A stretch of DNA of 63,879 bases, counting the filler, from Octopus bimaculoides (lineage: Eukaryota), in NCBI RefSeq assembly GCF_001194135.2. It is 5 parts of 5 records of this genome, joined end to end, with 100 filler letters (N's around TTAATTAATTAA, not from the genome) between each part and the next. Parts side by side here need not be neighbours in the genome. Positions count along the whole stretch, not along the records: positions 1 to 21,057 come from NC_068981.1; 4 more parts are not named here. The stretch is one strand, 5' to 3'. This document shows, piece after piece, positions 1 to 14,849 of the stretch (position 1 is the stretch's first letter; every line of letters begins with the position of its first letter). The translations under genes were made by a program, and so were the position numbers. The notes beneath the pieces were generated by a model. It did no database searches. It was not told the origin of the DNA and saw nothing but the letters and a program-made list of their open reading frames with translations.

Positions 1-149
1 ATAATTGCTGATAAACAAGACTAGAAGTAGACGCCAAATATTTATATAATTATATATTAGTATTAATTGTCCCTTCATGGTTTTCATTACACGCTGGCTA
101 CTTGATAAAATCTTTAAAATGATTTTATCCCTCACTCTTAATTATTCAC

Positions 150-330
150 CATGCTAGATCGCTAACCACTAAGCTTTTTTCTATTTTTTATCCGTGTTTA
201 TTTCTATGGAAGAGCGTAGGCTCGAAACGTAAAAGGTCTTTCTCACTTCCGAGCGTTAAACTAATTGATCTGTTTGTTGTTTACATACCCGTCTTCGTCT
301 TTTTTTTTTGTAAATTCTCACTATACATAC
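150..330 (+). repeat. Short repeat remnant with Penelope-pLTR-like stem-loop (GAGC-GTAG-GCTC-GAAAC)
   Basis: ctatggaa-gagcgtaggctc-gaaacgt at 204-230 resembles a degenerate hammerhead core/stem II; followed by a T-rich tail and (TA)n. Confidence 0.35.
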
Positions 331-361
331 ATATATATATATATATATTTNNNNNNNNNNT

Positions 362-400
<39 letters not shown>

Positions 401-2603
401 CGCTATAATATCAATATAGCAGATTCCTTTTTTATTTTAAGTTTAAATTCTGTTTCTCTTGCATTCTCCACGTCTGGATTTGCAAGAGAAGATGGTAGCA
501 CATGATTCATGAACATATATTTCCGCTATTTATAGGTATTTAAGACATTGCCTTTTAGAAGTAAGTTCTGTTGGAACTGTTTACAGAGTGTATATTATAT
601 GTACTAGAGAAAGAATGAGAAGAAAGAAATAACAATACATGAAGTAAGCCAGGAACTTAAAATTGTTTCGGTAGAGAGAAGAAATTCATTGTTTATGTAT
701 TTTTGCGTTTTCTTTTATCTTCACATCATTGTTAGTATATTGCATTGGGTTTGAAATGTTCCTGAAACACCAATTTTTATTATAGATTGTAGTGTGAAAG
801 TACGTTGAAACAAGAAGGATTGTTAAAGCATTTATTGCTTCCAGACGGTACAGATGTGCAGGTTTTGGAATATTTAATTTAAAACTTATCAACGGCAACT
901 TGTGAAAGCAATGAGTGTTTTATACATTATTAGACACTGCAGAGAAATGCAATAATTCATTTAAGCATAAATACATACTGTACACATATGTGTCTATCAG
1001 CATTTATCTCTGTATATGTAACTTTCTATCTTCATATGTATACGAACCTATGTATGCATATATATATACTTATAATATATCTATGTGTGTGTGCGTGAAC
1101 ATATATATATATATGCATATCACATATATCTGTGTATCCATTTTACATCAGTATACCTACGTTACCGCTTACTTAGACTCCTCTCTCTATATAATTAATA
1201 TTCACTCTAGATCAATGAAATAATAAACACAAGGCTATATACAGAAATTTATGTACACTCTTGCATGCTCTCATTCAATATAAGACATACATATATATGC
1301 TTGCTTGTAAATGTATAAGCATATATATAGAGATAAAGAATGGGACAGCGGTATGTGAGTGTCTCCGAGTCTATATATATATATATATACATACATGTAT
1401 TAATGATTGTTTTATGTTGTCATAATATAAAGCAATTTTACATTAAGTTGTTGGGTTACTATATACTTTTTGGGGATGCAAATCTATTTTTCTTAATCGA
1501 GAATATTGAGATTAATTTCGTTGTGTCGGCCAGCAAAAGTATTTTTTTACTTTGCTAGCTGAAACTGCGAATTCACTGTCATTAATAGTTTTATTTAAGA
1601 ATTATATGTGTGTGTATGTGTGTGTTTGTGTGTGAGTATACATTTAGTTCAAGTACGAATATAAGAACTTATAAAAATATAAACTTACGCATTTGAAGAA
1701 ATTTATATGCATATGTTGATACTTGCTTGTATCTCTGCTACGTGTCTGTTTATGAGTGTGTGTTGCAGAAGCATTGATAATAATATTTTCGAAAAAATAT
1801 ATTATTTTTCAAGCGTTATTATTTATTTTAACCTGATATTACAAGGCATTTTAAATATAATTATTTTCGTCCCTTACCGAATTATCCATTGCTGTATGTG
1901 TATGAATACTAGTGCGTGTACGTATATTTACATATAAGCACTCGTACACACACATAAACACACATGTACACATTCACAAATATGTGTGTGTATCTTTGCT
2001 CATGTATATGTGTGTGACTTTGTATCTTTCTGTATGCGTTTGTGTGTGTGTATATATGTAAGTATAGGCCTGTATGTTAGTAGATAATTATCAATATTGT
2101 TTCGGGTGTAATAGCAGTATATTTAACTATTCGCCTCTTCAACGGGAACCATTCTAACTATATCTGGCAGCAATAATTATAGTGAAAAAATACAAAATCT
2201 TCCAACTCTTTACTGTAGAGGAAAACGTTAGTTATATGGGTTGTTAACGAACAATATATCTAAATATCAAAACGTAAAAATAATTTAACTCGTAACAAAA
2301 AACATACACACACTCACACAATCATTTCATTATATGAATCTGAAATGCTCTCGGAAACTGAATTTTACATAATTGAATATGAAATGACTTCTTGGATGAA
2401 GTTGGAGGCGATATGCTAACGGGTTTTTTAGCAAACAAGTTGAACGTCATTATTGATGTGGATATTATTTTTTTTTAAATTTAGAATTTATTCAACCGAT
2501 ACTAGAATCTCCAGCCAGAAGGGATCAATTATTCAGTCAAGCACTGGATAGTACGGCAGTGTATTAGCGTAATAAATATAATATAATCTCGTATAACATA
2601 TGT

Positions 2604-2647
<44 letters not shown>

Positions 2648-2866
2648 CATGCTTATATATACACCTGTATACATATGCGTATGCGCATGATGGACAGGTG
2701 GTTCTAAATAGCACCAAATCATATATAAAAATAGTTGTACAGGAATAAGTAGAAAACTATAGAAATTGAGCAGAAAAGGAAAATCGGTAAAGTGAAATTT
2801 TATAGTAATTCTTCATAGATAGATATATACACTGAAAGTTCATACTCTGATATCATAGTTAAACAG

Positions 2867-3009
2867 AAAAATTCGATTACTACCTCACGGAGGTTTATCC
2901 AGGATGGGTAGATAAAAATGCTGCTACTTCATACTCGAACCACACAAATATCAAAGTGGGGGATGCGGAAATCCCTTTACAGCCGTTTCTGGAGTTTGGG
3001 TTCCCGACA
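2867..3009 (+). CDS. Weak candidate coding exon (KFDYYLTEVYPGWVDKNAATSYSNHTNIKVGDAEIPLQPFLEFGFPT), unknown product
   Basis: Stop-free frame, GC-richer than flanks, bounded by cag| and |gtaaag; acceptor lacks a polypyrimidine tract. Confidence 0.2.
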
Positions 3010-3480
3010 GTAAAGTAACATGCAGTGTATGTAATGATATGCATGAAGTATACATGGTAGTGGATGTATATGAAATAACATCATTAAAATATATGAGCAG
3101 GTCGCTGCATCTTCTGAATAAGAACGGTAGAGTATAAAGTTCACTAAAATACAAAATTTTAGGCTTAGACATTTTAGGATATAAACCTATGAATGAAGAA
3201 TAACTTTGACCACTTGCTTTTCAGATTTTCGTATTATTTTCTCTGCTTATTTTATACTAACTTCTGCATAACTTTTTTTTTTTTGATACCATTTATAAAG
3301 GCTTGCACATCTTTTATTTTATTCTGACTCCTTGCTTATTGCGAAATGTTCTTTGCCTTGACACCATCGCTATTGGTGTCTTGATATCTGGTACGCTCCG
3401 AGGAATTGCTGTTTTTATCTGTTACACGCCTTTTTACACGTGTGTGCATGCGATTTTGAGTATATATATATATATATATA

Positions 3481-3503
3481 TAGCTAGCTAGCTAGCTAGA
3501 TAA

Positions 3504-3575
<72 letters not shown>
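3481..3575. repeat. (GCTA)n/(GATA)n microsatellite
   Basis: Direct reading. Confidence 0.95.
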
Positions 3576-4425
3576 ATTGTGGATTCGAATAAGTTTGTTC
3601 AGATGTTCTGGTTTAATTCTTATTAGAATCTAGCAGGGAGAATTTCTCTTTGAATATAGAAAAAGAAAACACACATAATTGTTTGCATAATACAGAACAA
3701 GACTGAATGTAATCCCCATAATTCTTGATATTCTGTCATTGAAGGTATAACATATGGCACTTAGAAATGCCTTTAATAGAAAGTATTGACACAAGCTATA
3801 GATATATTCGGTAGAACAGAATATACCTGAAAACATACTAAATTGCACACATAATTCATAAATGGAACTAGCTGCTTGGAGCTTTTGATTTTGTATGCAT
3901 ATCTCCTCTAACAACTATACGCCCCAATTCATTTATAACATTTACAATACTATAGGGTAAATATATTATATATACAAAGATATTTGGACGAATATATTGT
4001 ATATACATGTACAATAGGTCACGCACTATGTTTAAAACTTATGTAGATGTGGGCGGATAACAAGGGCATTCAGTCACTAGTGAAATCCTAATAGAGATTG
4101 AAACTTGTCTAGCAAATTCTTCCCGTTCTGTCAATGACAATGTTAGTATGTAGAAACAGGATGTATATATTTAGCTCATATGGACATCTTGGGTGAATTC
4201 TACAGTTATACATTTAAAAATACAGCCATACTTTGTAGTACAGAGTAACATCGAACCATTGTGACGAGATATAAACGCATTTACACGCTTGTTACAAATA
4301 CATACATACATGTGTGTGTAAAGTGTGTGTGTGTGCGTTTATGTATAAGTATGTATGTACCTGTGTTTGTATGAATGCATGTGTATGCATGTGATGGATG
4401 ATATTTATATATGTATATATGTGCA

Positions 4426-4476
<51 letters not shown>

Positions 4477-6240
4477 ATATATATATGTGTGTGTGCGTGT
4501 GTGTTTATGCGTGTCTGTAATTATTCCTTATTATGTTATCACGTTCTCAATTTTGAAGTTAAATCGCTAATTTAATCCGCAGTCCTTTGAACATATATTC
4601 TATTTTAGGATGATAGGTGACTAAAAACAGATTTAACTAAATAGCTAAACATTTTACGTTAACGCAACTACATTATTACTTCCTAGTTATGTACATTTAG
4701 TTATTTGTATTTTCTTTGTACTAAATATTATATTTAAGGAAATATATAATCAATCTATTTGGGGATTTAAATTCTATGAATGTTTATTAAGAATCATTTA
4801 TATCACGAAATTCTAAAGCGGAATCAACACACACACATACGTATATCTGAGTGCGTGTGCGCGCGTGTCTGTGTTTGTGTGAGTGTGCGTGTGTGTATTT
4901 GTATATATAGTTGCATGTTGATGTATATAGATTTATATCACTCTTAGCTAATTGCTTCCGTATACGTGGTGTTTATAAATGCTGCAAAATAACAAAATTT
5001 CTCACTTAGAATTTAATTCTATTCATGCTTAAGTTTTTATAGAATAATCTAATTTGTAGCTCAGCATTTTAATCTAACTTTATTCGAATGAGAATTAAAC
5101 AAATAAATAATAGTAAATTTAATTAGATTTTAGACAAAACTCTTTCATAGAAAACATCTTTAAATCATATCGGAAAACTCTGCTCATATAATCCTAAGTT
5201 ATTCAAGAGATTCATTATAAAGATTGATAAAGTCCGGACGTTCATATTGCAATGTATATTGCTGCAAATCTTTACTGTATCCCCTCCATCTATACGTAAC
5301 AATGAACAAACAAAATACAAAAACAAAGCATACGAAAAATTTAATAACATAATCAAAAACAACAAAAGTTTACGCCCCTAATCAAAGATTTACATCTCTA
5401 TATCAAAACAACACAGTCTAGAAATCACACATAATCTATTTCGAAATTACATTTCGATTCAAGAGAAGATAAACAGAATTCGGAAAATAAACATATTAAA
5501 ATATTTGTAAATGTTATTATATCAAGTAAAATATCAAAAGCCAAAAGTATATTTAATTTCTAACACAACTCGAATATAAGAAACTAAATTAAAATTGACA
5601 AACAAATAAGGAGAAATTTATAACGTTGTGCTAGAAGTCGATATATTTTTTCCTCTGCTTTCAACGTTGGCTTACAGGTAATTAGAAATTGAAATTAATT
5701 TCCTAGCATGTAGCCTTCATTCTATTATTCTCTTTTGGCTAAAAGTTGACAATTTCTTCGTTTCCATATCATCTCATTGAACTACTTGATAAATAAACAC
5801 AAAACATATACAAAGTTACATAGACACATACAATCACACAGATATACATGCGCAAATTATGTGTTTTTAATTCATGTATACGTACATGCATATAAATATG
5901 TATGCATATATATATATGTGTATATGTACGCATGTGTATATATATATATATATATATATNNNNNNNNNNNNNNNNNNNNNNNNNNNNNNNNNNNNNNNNN
6001 NNNNNNNNNNNNNNNNNNNNNNNNNNNNNNNNNNNNNNNNNNNNNNNNNNNNNNNNNNNNNNNNNNNNNNNNNNNNNNNNNNNNNNNNNNNNNNNNNNNN
6101 NNNNNNNNNNNNNNNNNNNNNNNNNNNNNNNNNNNNNNNNNNNNNNNNNNNNNNNNNNNNNNNNNNNNNNNNNNNNNNNNNNNNNNNNNNNNNNNNNNNN
6201 NNNNNNNNNNNNNNNNNNNNNNNNNNNNNTATATATATAC

Positions 6241-6277
<37 letters not shown>

Positions 6278-6301
6278 CATATGTATATAGTATGTGTAAC
6301 G

Positions 6302-6348
<47 letters not shown>

Positions 6349-7082
6349 CTTTGTGTGTACTTGTGTATACCATAAATATTTGTGGATGGTGATAAAAGTC
6401 AGAAATATATACAAACGCACACCTCCTTGCACACTCTCTCACAGAAACACATACATTCGTATCTTGTACATTCGCGTACAGCTTACTGTCTCACACGCGT
6501 GTATACATATTCATGTGGGCATACTTACAAAGATGTGTGCATACGTACATACATACAAGTATTCATGCATTTATACATAATACATATTCATATTCTCCAA
6601 ACTAAACCCATAAGCATACACACACACATACACACAGATACGTATATCTGTATGTATAATCACAATCGTATACCGATATTTTCCTATATACTCACATACA
6701 TGTATATATATACGAACACATACATATATATAAAGATACATTCATGTATATATATATACGTATATATTATATGCACACACACACACATACTTACATACAT
6801 CCACATATATATGTATGTATTTATAGGGGAGGCTATATCTCATTTATGTGATATTGTGTGTCACATTTATTAATAGCATAAGTGACGTAAGGGATGCAAA
6901 TTGAGAAGCAAGACTCGGAACAAACTCAGGAATCGGTTCGCCAGGAGCGTAGTTCTTGCTACATTGCATTCGTCAGAAATCCTCACGTAACCACATTCAC
7001 GCGCATGGACGTGGGGGTCAAAGCGATAGACAAATTTGATATACATACATGCATTCATGTATACATATATACATACATACAT

Positions 7083-7201
<119 letters not shown>

Positions 7202-9149
7202 TCACATATATACATATATATATATATTTATATATAACTATGCAAATATGTGTATACATATATCTAAGTAAACGTATGTGTGTATGTGTTCGTGTGTGCT
7301 TGTATGTATATACAGATATAATATATAGACGGATATATTTGTGTGTGTGCGTGTTTCTGTGTGTATGTATGTATGTTTGAATATATATGTGTGTGAAAAT
7401 CTATACTAATATTATTTTCCTTTCAAATATACAAAATTCTGTGAACGCTTATATTCTAGGTTACATTTTATATATTAGAATTTTCATGAAATGTTAGACC
7501 TGTCAACATCATGGATATAATCGATAAACTTTTAGATATAAGTACTATTCACCCAGTGGTTATTTATTTATGCACCTGAAATGTGGCAACTTATATAGTA
7601 GCATATATCAAATAATACACAAATATATTTATTGCAAGAAAAATTTACGCAAAACTAAAGGTGAAACAGCTACATAATATGACATAATATATAATGAAAA
7701 CTTTTATATTCACGTGTGTGTACGTGTGTGTGTGTGTGTGTGTGTATTTATGTGCGTGCGTTTGTGTGTATGTGTGTGTGTGTTTGTTTCTATATGTGTG
7801 TACCTTCAGAAAAACTTAATTTATTTAATGTTAACAAGTAATTAACACAAGCGGATCCTATTGTTAGTATGAGGCATCAACGGTCGGGAACGTAATATCC
7901 GGAAGCATCTAATAGAAAATAAGACACGCAAGGAAATATTTACATGCACTTCTTACATTTAATTTCCTAGGCTACTACCAGCTGTGCCATTCAGATGAAA
8001 GGACGTCCAAAAATTATACATTTTAATGGTACCGTGGCATTTGAAAAATTAATTTTGTAAATCATGGAGCAATAAGAGATAATGCAATCTTTAAACTTAG
8101 ACAAGACAAAAATTATTAAATACACTTCGATCAAATTCATGGAGGCACATATGTAGACACATAGACACACAACACACACGTATACATGCATGGTTATCTG
8201 TCTCAGTAAGTGCATGTAAGCATGTAAGCTTACATAGAAATTTATTTGCAGGATATATATATATTTTGCATAAATATATGCATTAAAAACGTCTCGTTTT
8301 AAAGATGTATATAGCAATCCTTTAGCACAAATTCTAGGGCCTGATTAGCCAATGGTATTGCATCACTTTGTTTCTTATTGTTATTTTCTGTGTGTTGCTT
8401 ACTCGTGATGGATCATGAGTATAGACTATAAACTTGATTATAAATTATTAACTATATCCATGATTATAAACTAGTGCAACTGCATATCATGTCAGGATGA
8501 TATCGTTAATGTGTTAAGGGCATATGCATGTACTCCTCTGAAGTGATAGAGGTTACACACACACACGCACACACACACACACACACATACACACAAACAC
8601 ACACAGAAACACACACACACACACACACACATACACACACACACACACACATGCACACATTCATACAAACACTAGCACACACGAACACATACACATGCAC
8701 ATACAGATATATATAAAGTTCTATTGGTGCCCGAATATCTACACATGCATATATACGCGCGTATATGCCTGTGTATAAACATCATTGTTGCATGATGAAT
8801 ACAAACGCATAAACTATTAACTAATTACCTCATAATGATTGCATGTTCAGAATGTGAGATATTCATGATAATACTTGTTAAATTAGTTCGAAAGAGAACA
8901 TCTTAAGTAGATGAAATTCAAATTCGTATTTTTGCAAAATAGTCACCATAACTTGAATTTGAATATAATAAGTGATATTGTTAGTACACTGCGTATTATT
9001 AATATTGTCGATATACTGTGTGACATTGCTTTTATACAGTTGTTCAATTGTGTAATCTAAACTGAAGCCAAGTTGTACAACTCGAGTTCATTAACATGGC
9101 TTCAGTAAGTAAAACATTTTACCTGTCTGGGCAGTGGATTTAGTAGCGA

Positions 9150-10660
9150 TTAGAGAATGAACACAGACAGTTTGGTATTCGAAATTTTGAGAGAACGAGG
9201 TTTTAGTAACCAAGCTGTATCTAAAATTGGGCAAAGTATAGTCAGCTTTCGTATTATCTACACTAATGCACGGGTCAAGGTATATAAAGCAACCTGAAAA
9301 ATAAATATTACTATTAATAATAATGATAGTATTCTGCAGGTATTCATAATGAAGCTGGTGATGAATCTTACTGGAAATATATGGTTAGAAACACTATCAT
9401 TCTAAACAAGGCCGTGCTCCTTAGAATAACTGAGATATTGATGCAGTGAAAGCTTTACAAGTTCGCGAATATGTAAAGACGAGAAAAATTTCGGTCATCA
9501 AACATATACACTATTCACAACTTGTTAATGGTAACAGAAATCAAGTTCAACCCTGGCTGAGATACAAGGATGTGATTAAATGTAACATGAGTTTGAACAT
9601 TGATACTCACAACTGGATCACAGCAACTCAGGATGGAAGTAGTGAAGTGAGATCCTCTTATGATGCTATGAAATGTGACTTTGCATATGAACAAAATAAA
9701 GTTCAACATTTGTTTGATTAGTGTATTAACAAGATGTGCCTTTTATTTGCTCCTCAAATACAAATCTCTTATAAGACTATCGGTTCTATGAGTCACTATA
9801 TGATATAAAAGAAGTACGTAATACTGGGATGGCAAATCCTAACTGAAATATTCTAGATTTCTGTGTCAGTATAATATAATACACTTAATCAACAGTCATG
9901 GATAGCAACTGGCTGGCTCAAAAGCGTAGAAGTAATGTAGAGCCTTCAGTAAATAGAATAGGGTAAAATGGAGAATTAAGCGAAGTGTGTACATTCTGAA
10001 TGGTGAATGTTGTCATTTTGTAAGGATATTTCTGTACAATTTGTCATCGATATATGTTATATGCTATGGAATGCATATTGTTCAGAAAGCTTACAACCTA
10101 CAGCTAATACCAATTAATCATTATTCATTTTAGCTTCTCAAACTCTCCAGCCTTTCTCCTCACTTTAGTGCTAGCGATATTGCAACAATGGATGCTGAAA
10201 CTACAAACATATTATAAAGATTACATATATTTATTTCAACAATCCTAAACCTTTATACGAGCAATGGCTGGAGAGGTCACTGCCGAATATATGGAAAACT
10301 ATATTCGTAAATATATTTTTTGCTATTTATTCTATGAGTATTGACAAAGTATATATCATTACCTTCTTCAATATCTGATTAATGATATTCGTCCATTTTA
10401 TGGAGATTGTAGCTGTTTGAATTATGTGTTTACTAACACCTTGGATATTCCCATTGGAATAAATATTTTCGCAATCTCATTTATAAAATAACCTGCCTTA
10501 GAGCAACAGAGTTGTAAATTGTATCATCTACAAAGAATAGAAGTTATCAAGACATTAACTCGACATCTTCACTAGGTCTTGAGTCAAGAATCGCTTCAGG
10601 TTTTATATAAGGAAAAAGTCAGATTATGCAGTCACATATGCATGCAGAAATGTTGTAAGT
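9150..10660 (+). mobile_element. Possible highly degenerate non-LTR retrotransposon remnant
   Basis: Fragments such as FEILRERGF...IIYTNARVKV and SILQ..LVMN resemble LINE RT segments; many stops and frameshifts. Confidence 0.3.
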
Positions 10661-12419
10661 TGCTCTGTTTACGTAGAAACATATTGAAAAGATGCATTGT
10701 ATATTGTATATTTTCTTCAAAACATGATATCATACAATAATGGAATTAGCTTATACCCCTGTAAATTGCGACTACTATGTCAAGAGCAGCAGTAGCAGCG
10801 GTGGTAGTAGTAGTAGTAGCAGGACTAATATTAGAGGTAGTCTGCTCGTATTTCAGAACGGGTAGCAGTTTGTTGAAACAACACCAATGCTGGTGTTGTT
10901 AATCATTTGTTTACAATGATCTTTGTTATTCTCTCATTGGTTTTCACGAGCTTTCGATTAGTTCATGTCCTTACTAATATCTGGGAAACGGTGTGCATTC
11001 ATTAATTATTGACGCACGAAACAGGTTCTTTGGCTAATGCAGATGTATTATAGAGTACAGTATATTACAGTTGTACACGTTTTACCCGATACTACAGTGT
11101 GTAATTGAATATATTGAATGAATATATGCAATTGTCTTCACCAGCATTTCTAAAGCTTTTTGTTTTACGTCCATTTGCTACTATACAAAAATAGTTGGCC
11201 CATCTATTAACTCCATCAATGTCACTATGTATTAAATAACAATACAGTTTGCCCAACAACTCATTTATTTCAGAAATATTTGTCGCACTAACAAGTAATA
11301 CGATACATCATTCCACGTTTTAAGCAATATGTAATTCTTAAATTAGTGATTTAAATCTTTTGTGTTGCTATGCAACCTTATCTTAGTTGGGGTAACGAAA
11401 ATTTTACTTCAATTCCCTTTCCTCGTTGTAGCTGTTACCGGCGGTCGAGTCAGTTGTCTTGCTTCAAACAGCTTACAACGAACAAAGGCACGCGAAACGA
11501 GCAGAATAGTGTAATATGCTGAATTCGGACTGGTCTGAAATAAAGTCATTTTAAATCATAGAAGTTACACGTTCACATTCGAATCTCATGCAGAAAGGAG
11601 TCAAATATCACATTACGGTGCATTTTTGCGACTGCAGAATAGTTTATAATTAAGATATATTAGTATGTCAGCAGGGCTTTCTCATTAAGAGGAAATAATT
11701 CGATTTGAAATATAATCCATCCAATGTACAATTACTGCTAAATCCATTTGTTATTCAAAGAAGAAGACGAAACTGTATTCTCTTTCTCGTCTTCGTCGTC
11801 TCCTTTTTCCTCCAGCTCTTGTTACACATTTTCTTCTTTTTCTTTATCCACACTTTTTCTAGCAGTTCTCTTTAAGTACATCCAGACATTTTAAACTCTA
11901 ATGCAGAAGTACTTTCGAAATTTACAGGTTAGTCCACTTCTGGGTATAACATCAAAAAAGCCTTAAACTATAGAATTTGATTTTCTTATTACTGGGAGAT
12001 TTCTTCTCCACATTTTTCTCTTTTTATTTCTCGTCATTTATTTTACTTTGTGTACACTTCATTTGTATCTTCGCCGATGAAGGTTTCAGATAATATTTTC
12101 TGTCCCCACTTATAATCTAATTCCATCTTATTAGTTACGACTCTAACATTTTCACACTTGTCTGAAAGTACACTCGTGCCCTGTCTGTGGTCGCAGGATG
12201 GGTACATAAGAGATATACTTGTCAATAGACTAAATAGCTCTATTCTCAAAATTTGTATTTGATGACAGAGATGAGCCCTCGGGAGCTCGATATTTGGTGA
12301 CCTTAGTATGCAAATAGTCAGTTTGTTTCTTGCCACTTGTAAATGTACCTAGAACTGAGAGCCTTTTGTTAGAGTGTTTAGATGGTTACACTTTGATCGC
12401 ATGTACTGCTCTTTCACTC

Positions 12420-12475
<56 letters not shown>
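12420..12475. repeat. (AAT)~18 microsatellite abutting the 5' end of the R4/Dong element
   Basis: Direct reading. Confidence 0.95.
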
Positions 12476-14578
12476 GTTAATCAATTTCTTGATGAGAATG
12501 GTATGCCCGAACAGAAAGGTTGTAGAAGGTACCAAAGATCAATTATTGATAGCCAAAATGTTAATCCAAGATTGTAAACGAAGGAGAACAAATTTGGGAA
12601 ATGACCTGGATTGACTATCGCAAAGCTTATGATAAGATTCCACATTCGTGGATCATCGAGTGAAATAGATCTGTTTAGAATTGCGAGAAATGTAACGTGT
12701 TTCCTGAAGAGAAGGACCAAGGGATGGAAAATTGAGCTAACATCTAACGGAAAAAGCTTGGGCAGCCTGGGTATCAGAAGAGAGATTCTCCAGGGTGATC
12801 ACCTATCTCCGTTGCTCTTTGTTCTTTGCATGATACCTCTGACTTTGGAACTTAAGAAAATGGACCTAGATTACGAACTCAAGGAAAAATCCCAAGCAAT
12901 CAGCCACGGCCTCTTCCTGGATGATTTGAAACTGCATGGCAAAGATGAGACTCAAGTGAATTCCTTCGTGAACACGGTCTACTGAGTTATTACTGATATT
13001 AGAATGGAATTTGGACTAATGAAGAGCAGAATAATCTACCTAAAAAGAAGCAAGGTACAGTCCCTAGCAGGGATAAAATTATCGTACAGAAACCTGATTA
13101 AACAAACAGAAATAGAAGGATACAAATGCTTTGGTGTACTAGGGTTCAACGAGATAATTGAGAAGGAAATGAAAGAGCAACTGAGGATAGGGTATTTCTG
13201 AAGACTGAGGTCGGTGTTGCGCTCAAAATTAACTGGATGGAATGAAATCCAAACAGTTAATACGTAGGCGATAGCATCGCTTCGGTATGGAGCAGGAATT
13301 ATAAAATGGCAAAAGAAAGAAGGGAAGAAAATGGATATCAAGACTAAAAAAGTGTTGACAGTACACGGAGCCTTCTATCCTAAGAGTGATACCGATATGT
13401 TCTACTTGTCCAGAAGAAAGGGTGGGAGAGGTTTAATCAGTTTCCAGGACTGTATCGAAGCAGAAGAAAACAGCCTAGGGTGATATCTAAAAAATGCCGT
13501 GGCGCGACTGCTGAAACACACGAAGAAAGCTGGTGTCAACAACACTGAAAAGTGTGTAACTAAAGAAAAATTTAAAGAAGAAATGAACAAAACGAAAAAA
13601 GAAAAGGCATGGAAGGAAAAGAAAATATACGGTCAGTTTGCAAGAAACGTGAGCGCCAAGGCAGATACAGAGGACTGGTATCTATGGAGGAAGAGATAGA
13701 GATAGAAGCATTCTTATCCGTAGCTCAGGAACAAGCGTTAATGATCAAATATATGAAGTGCAGAATTGACAACACTACCGATAGCGGCAAATGCAGAATG
13801 TGTGGTGAGAGGGGTGAAGCGGTATGGCACATCGTTAGCAAATGGACAAAATTAGGCAATATCAACACTAGTTAACATGTTGGCATTATAAAATGAAAAT
13901 TGCTGACAAATGGTATAAGCGCCACACTGCGGCTGTAACTGAGGGAAAAATGTAACGATTTTTGTGGACTTTCCAGTAAATGCAGACAGAAAATATATAC
14001 AGATACACACACACACAAAGCTAATAAACCAGATATTGTTGGGAAAGACCAAAACAGTAAAATGCATACTAACTCGGAAAAGGAATTTGATAAGCTCAGA
14101 AAATATAAAGATTTGCTGGTTGAAATTGGGAAAAGATGGTACCTCAAAACGTTAACAAAACTAATGATTGTAGGAGCACTTGGAATGATCAAAAGAGTAA
14201 CTGAAAATTATTTGAATATGATCCTGGCTTACCATCAATGCTAAAAGTGCAAAAGATTATTTTAACTGATATGTCACACGTATCGAGAAGGGCATTGTCA
14301 CTGTGAATTTTCTTCCTTTTTTCCCCTTTATTTTCTATTTTTATTTTTAAAAAAATTATTTTATATTATACTTTTTTCTTTCTCTCTCTCTTTCTTTCTT
14401 TCTATCTTTCTTCCTTCCTTTTTTCTGTCACATAACTTAACTCTGTGAATAAGCAATCTGTTGTTTTTATTTTAATGGCCTAGCAATATATACAGTTAGT
14501 GTTTTTCCCTAGGTGTCGGGAAGACACTCGTCGAGAAATGGAAACAGAAATGAAAGAAGAAAATAGTAATAATGATAG
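12476..14578 (+). mobile_element. 5'-truncated, decayed R4/Dong-clade non-LTR retrotransposon (RT + CCHC finger + restriction-like endonuclease)
   Basis: Frame-shifted motifs EQKGCR..GTKDQLLI, WIDYRKAYD.IPHSWI, ILQGDHLSPLLF, LFLDDLKL, SKLTGWN...LRYGAGII, LSRRKGGRGL, AQEQAL, CRMCGERGE.VWHI, KPDIV, KEFDKLRKYKDL, VGALG; coding end ~14307, then 3' UTR. Confidence 0.9.
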
Positions 14579-14625
14579 AAGAAGAAGAAGAAGAAGAAGA
14601 AGAAGAAGAAGAAGAAGAAGAAGAA
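14578..14625. repeat. (GAA)n microsatellite
   Basis: Direct reading. Confidence 0.95.
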
Positions 14626-14639
14626 TCCTATCTGAAATT

Positions 14640-14828
14640 ATGGGGGAGGGATAAGTCGATTACATCGATCCCAGTGTTTTAGTTTTACTTGTACTTATTT
14701 TATCGGCCCGGAAAGGATGAAAGGCAAAGTCGGCCTCGGCAGAATTTGAAATTAAGACATAAAGACGGACGAAAGGCCGCAATACATCTTGTCCGGAATG
14801 CTAACGATTGTGCCAGCTGGCCGCCTTA
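14640..14828 (-). mobile_element. SINE family B copy
   Basis: Reverse complement of the shared core gaggtcgactttgcctttcatcctttc...aagtac seen about 9 times in the window. Confidence 0.8.
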
Positions 14829-14849
14829 CTGACATTTCTCTCGACGCAT

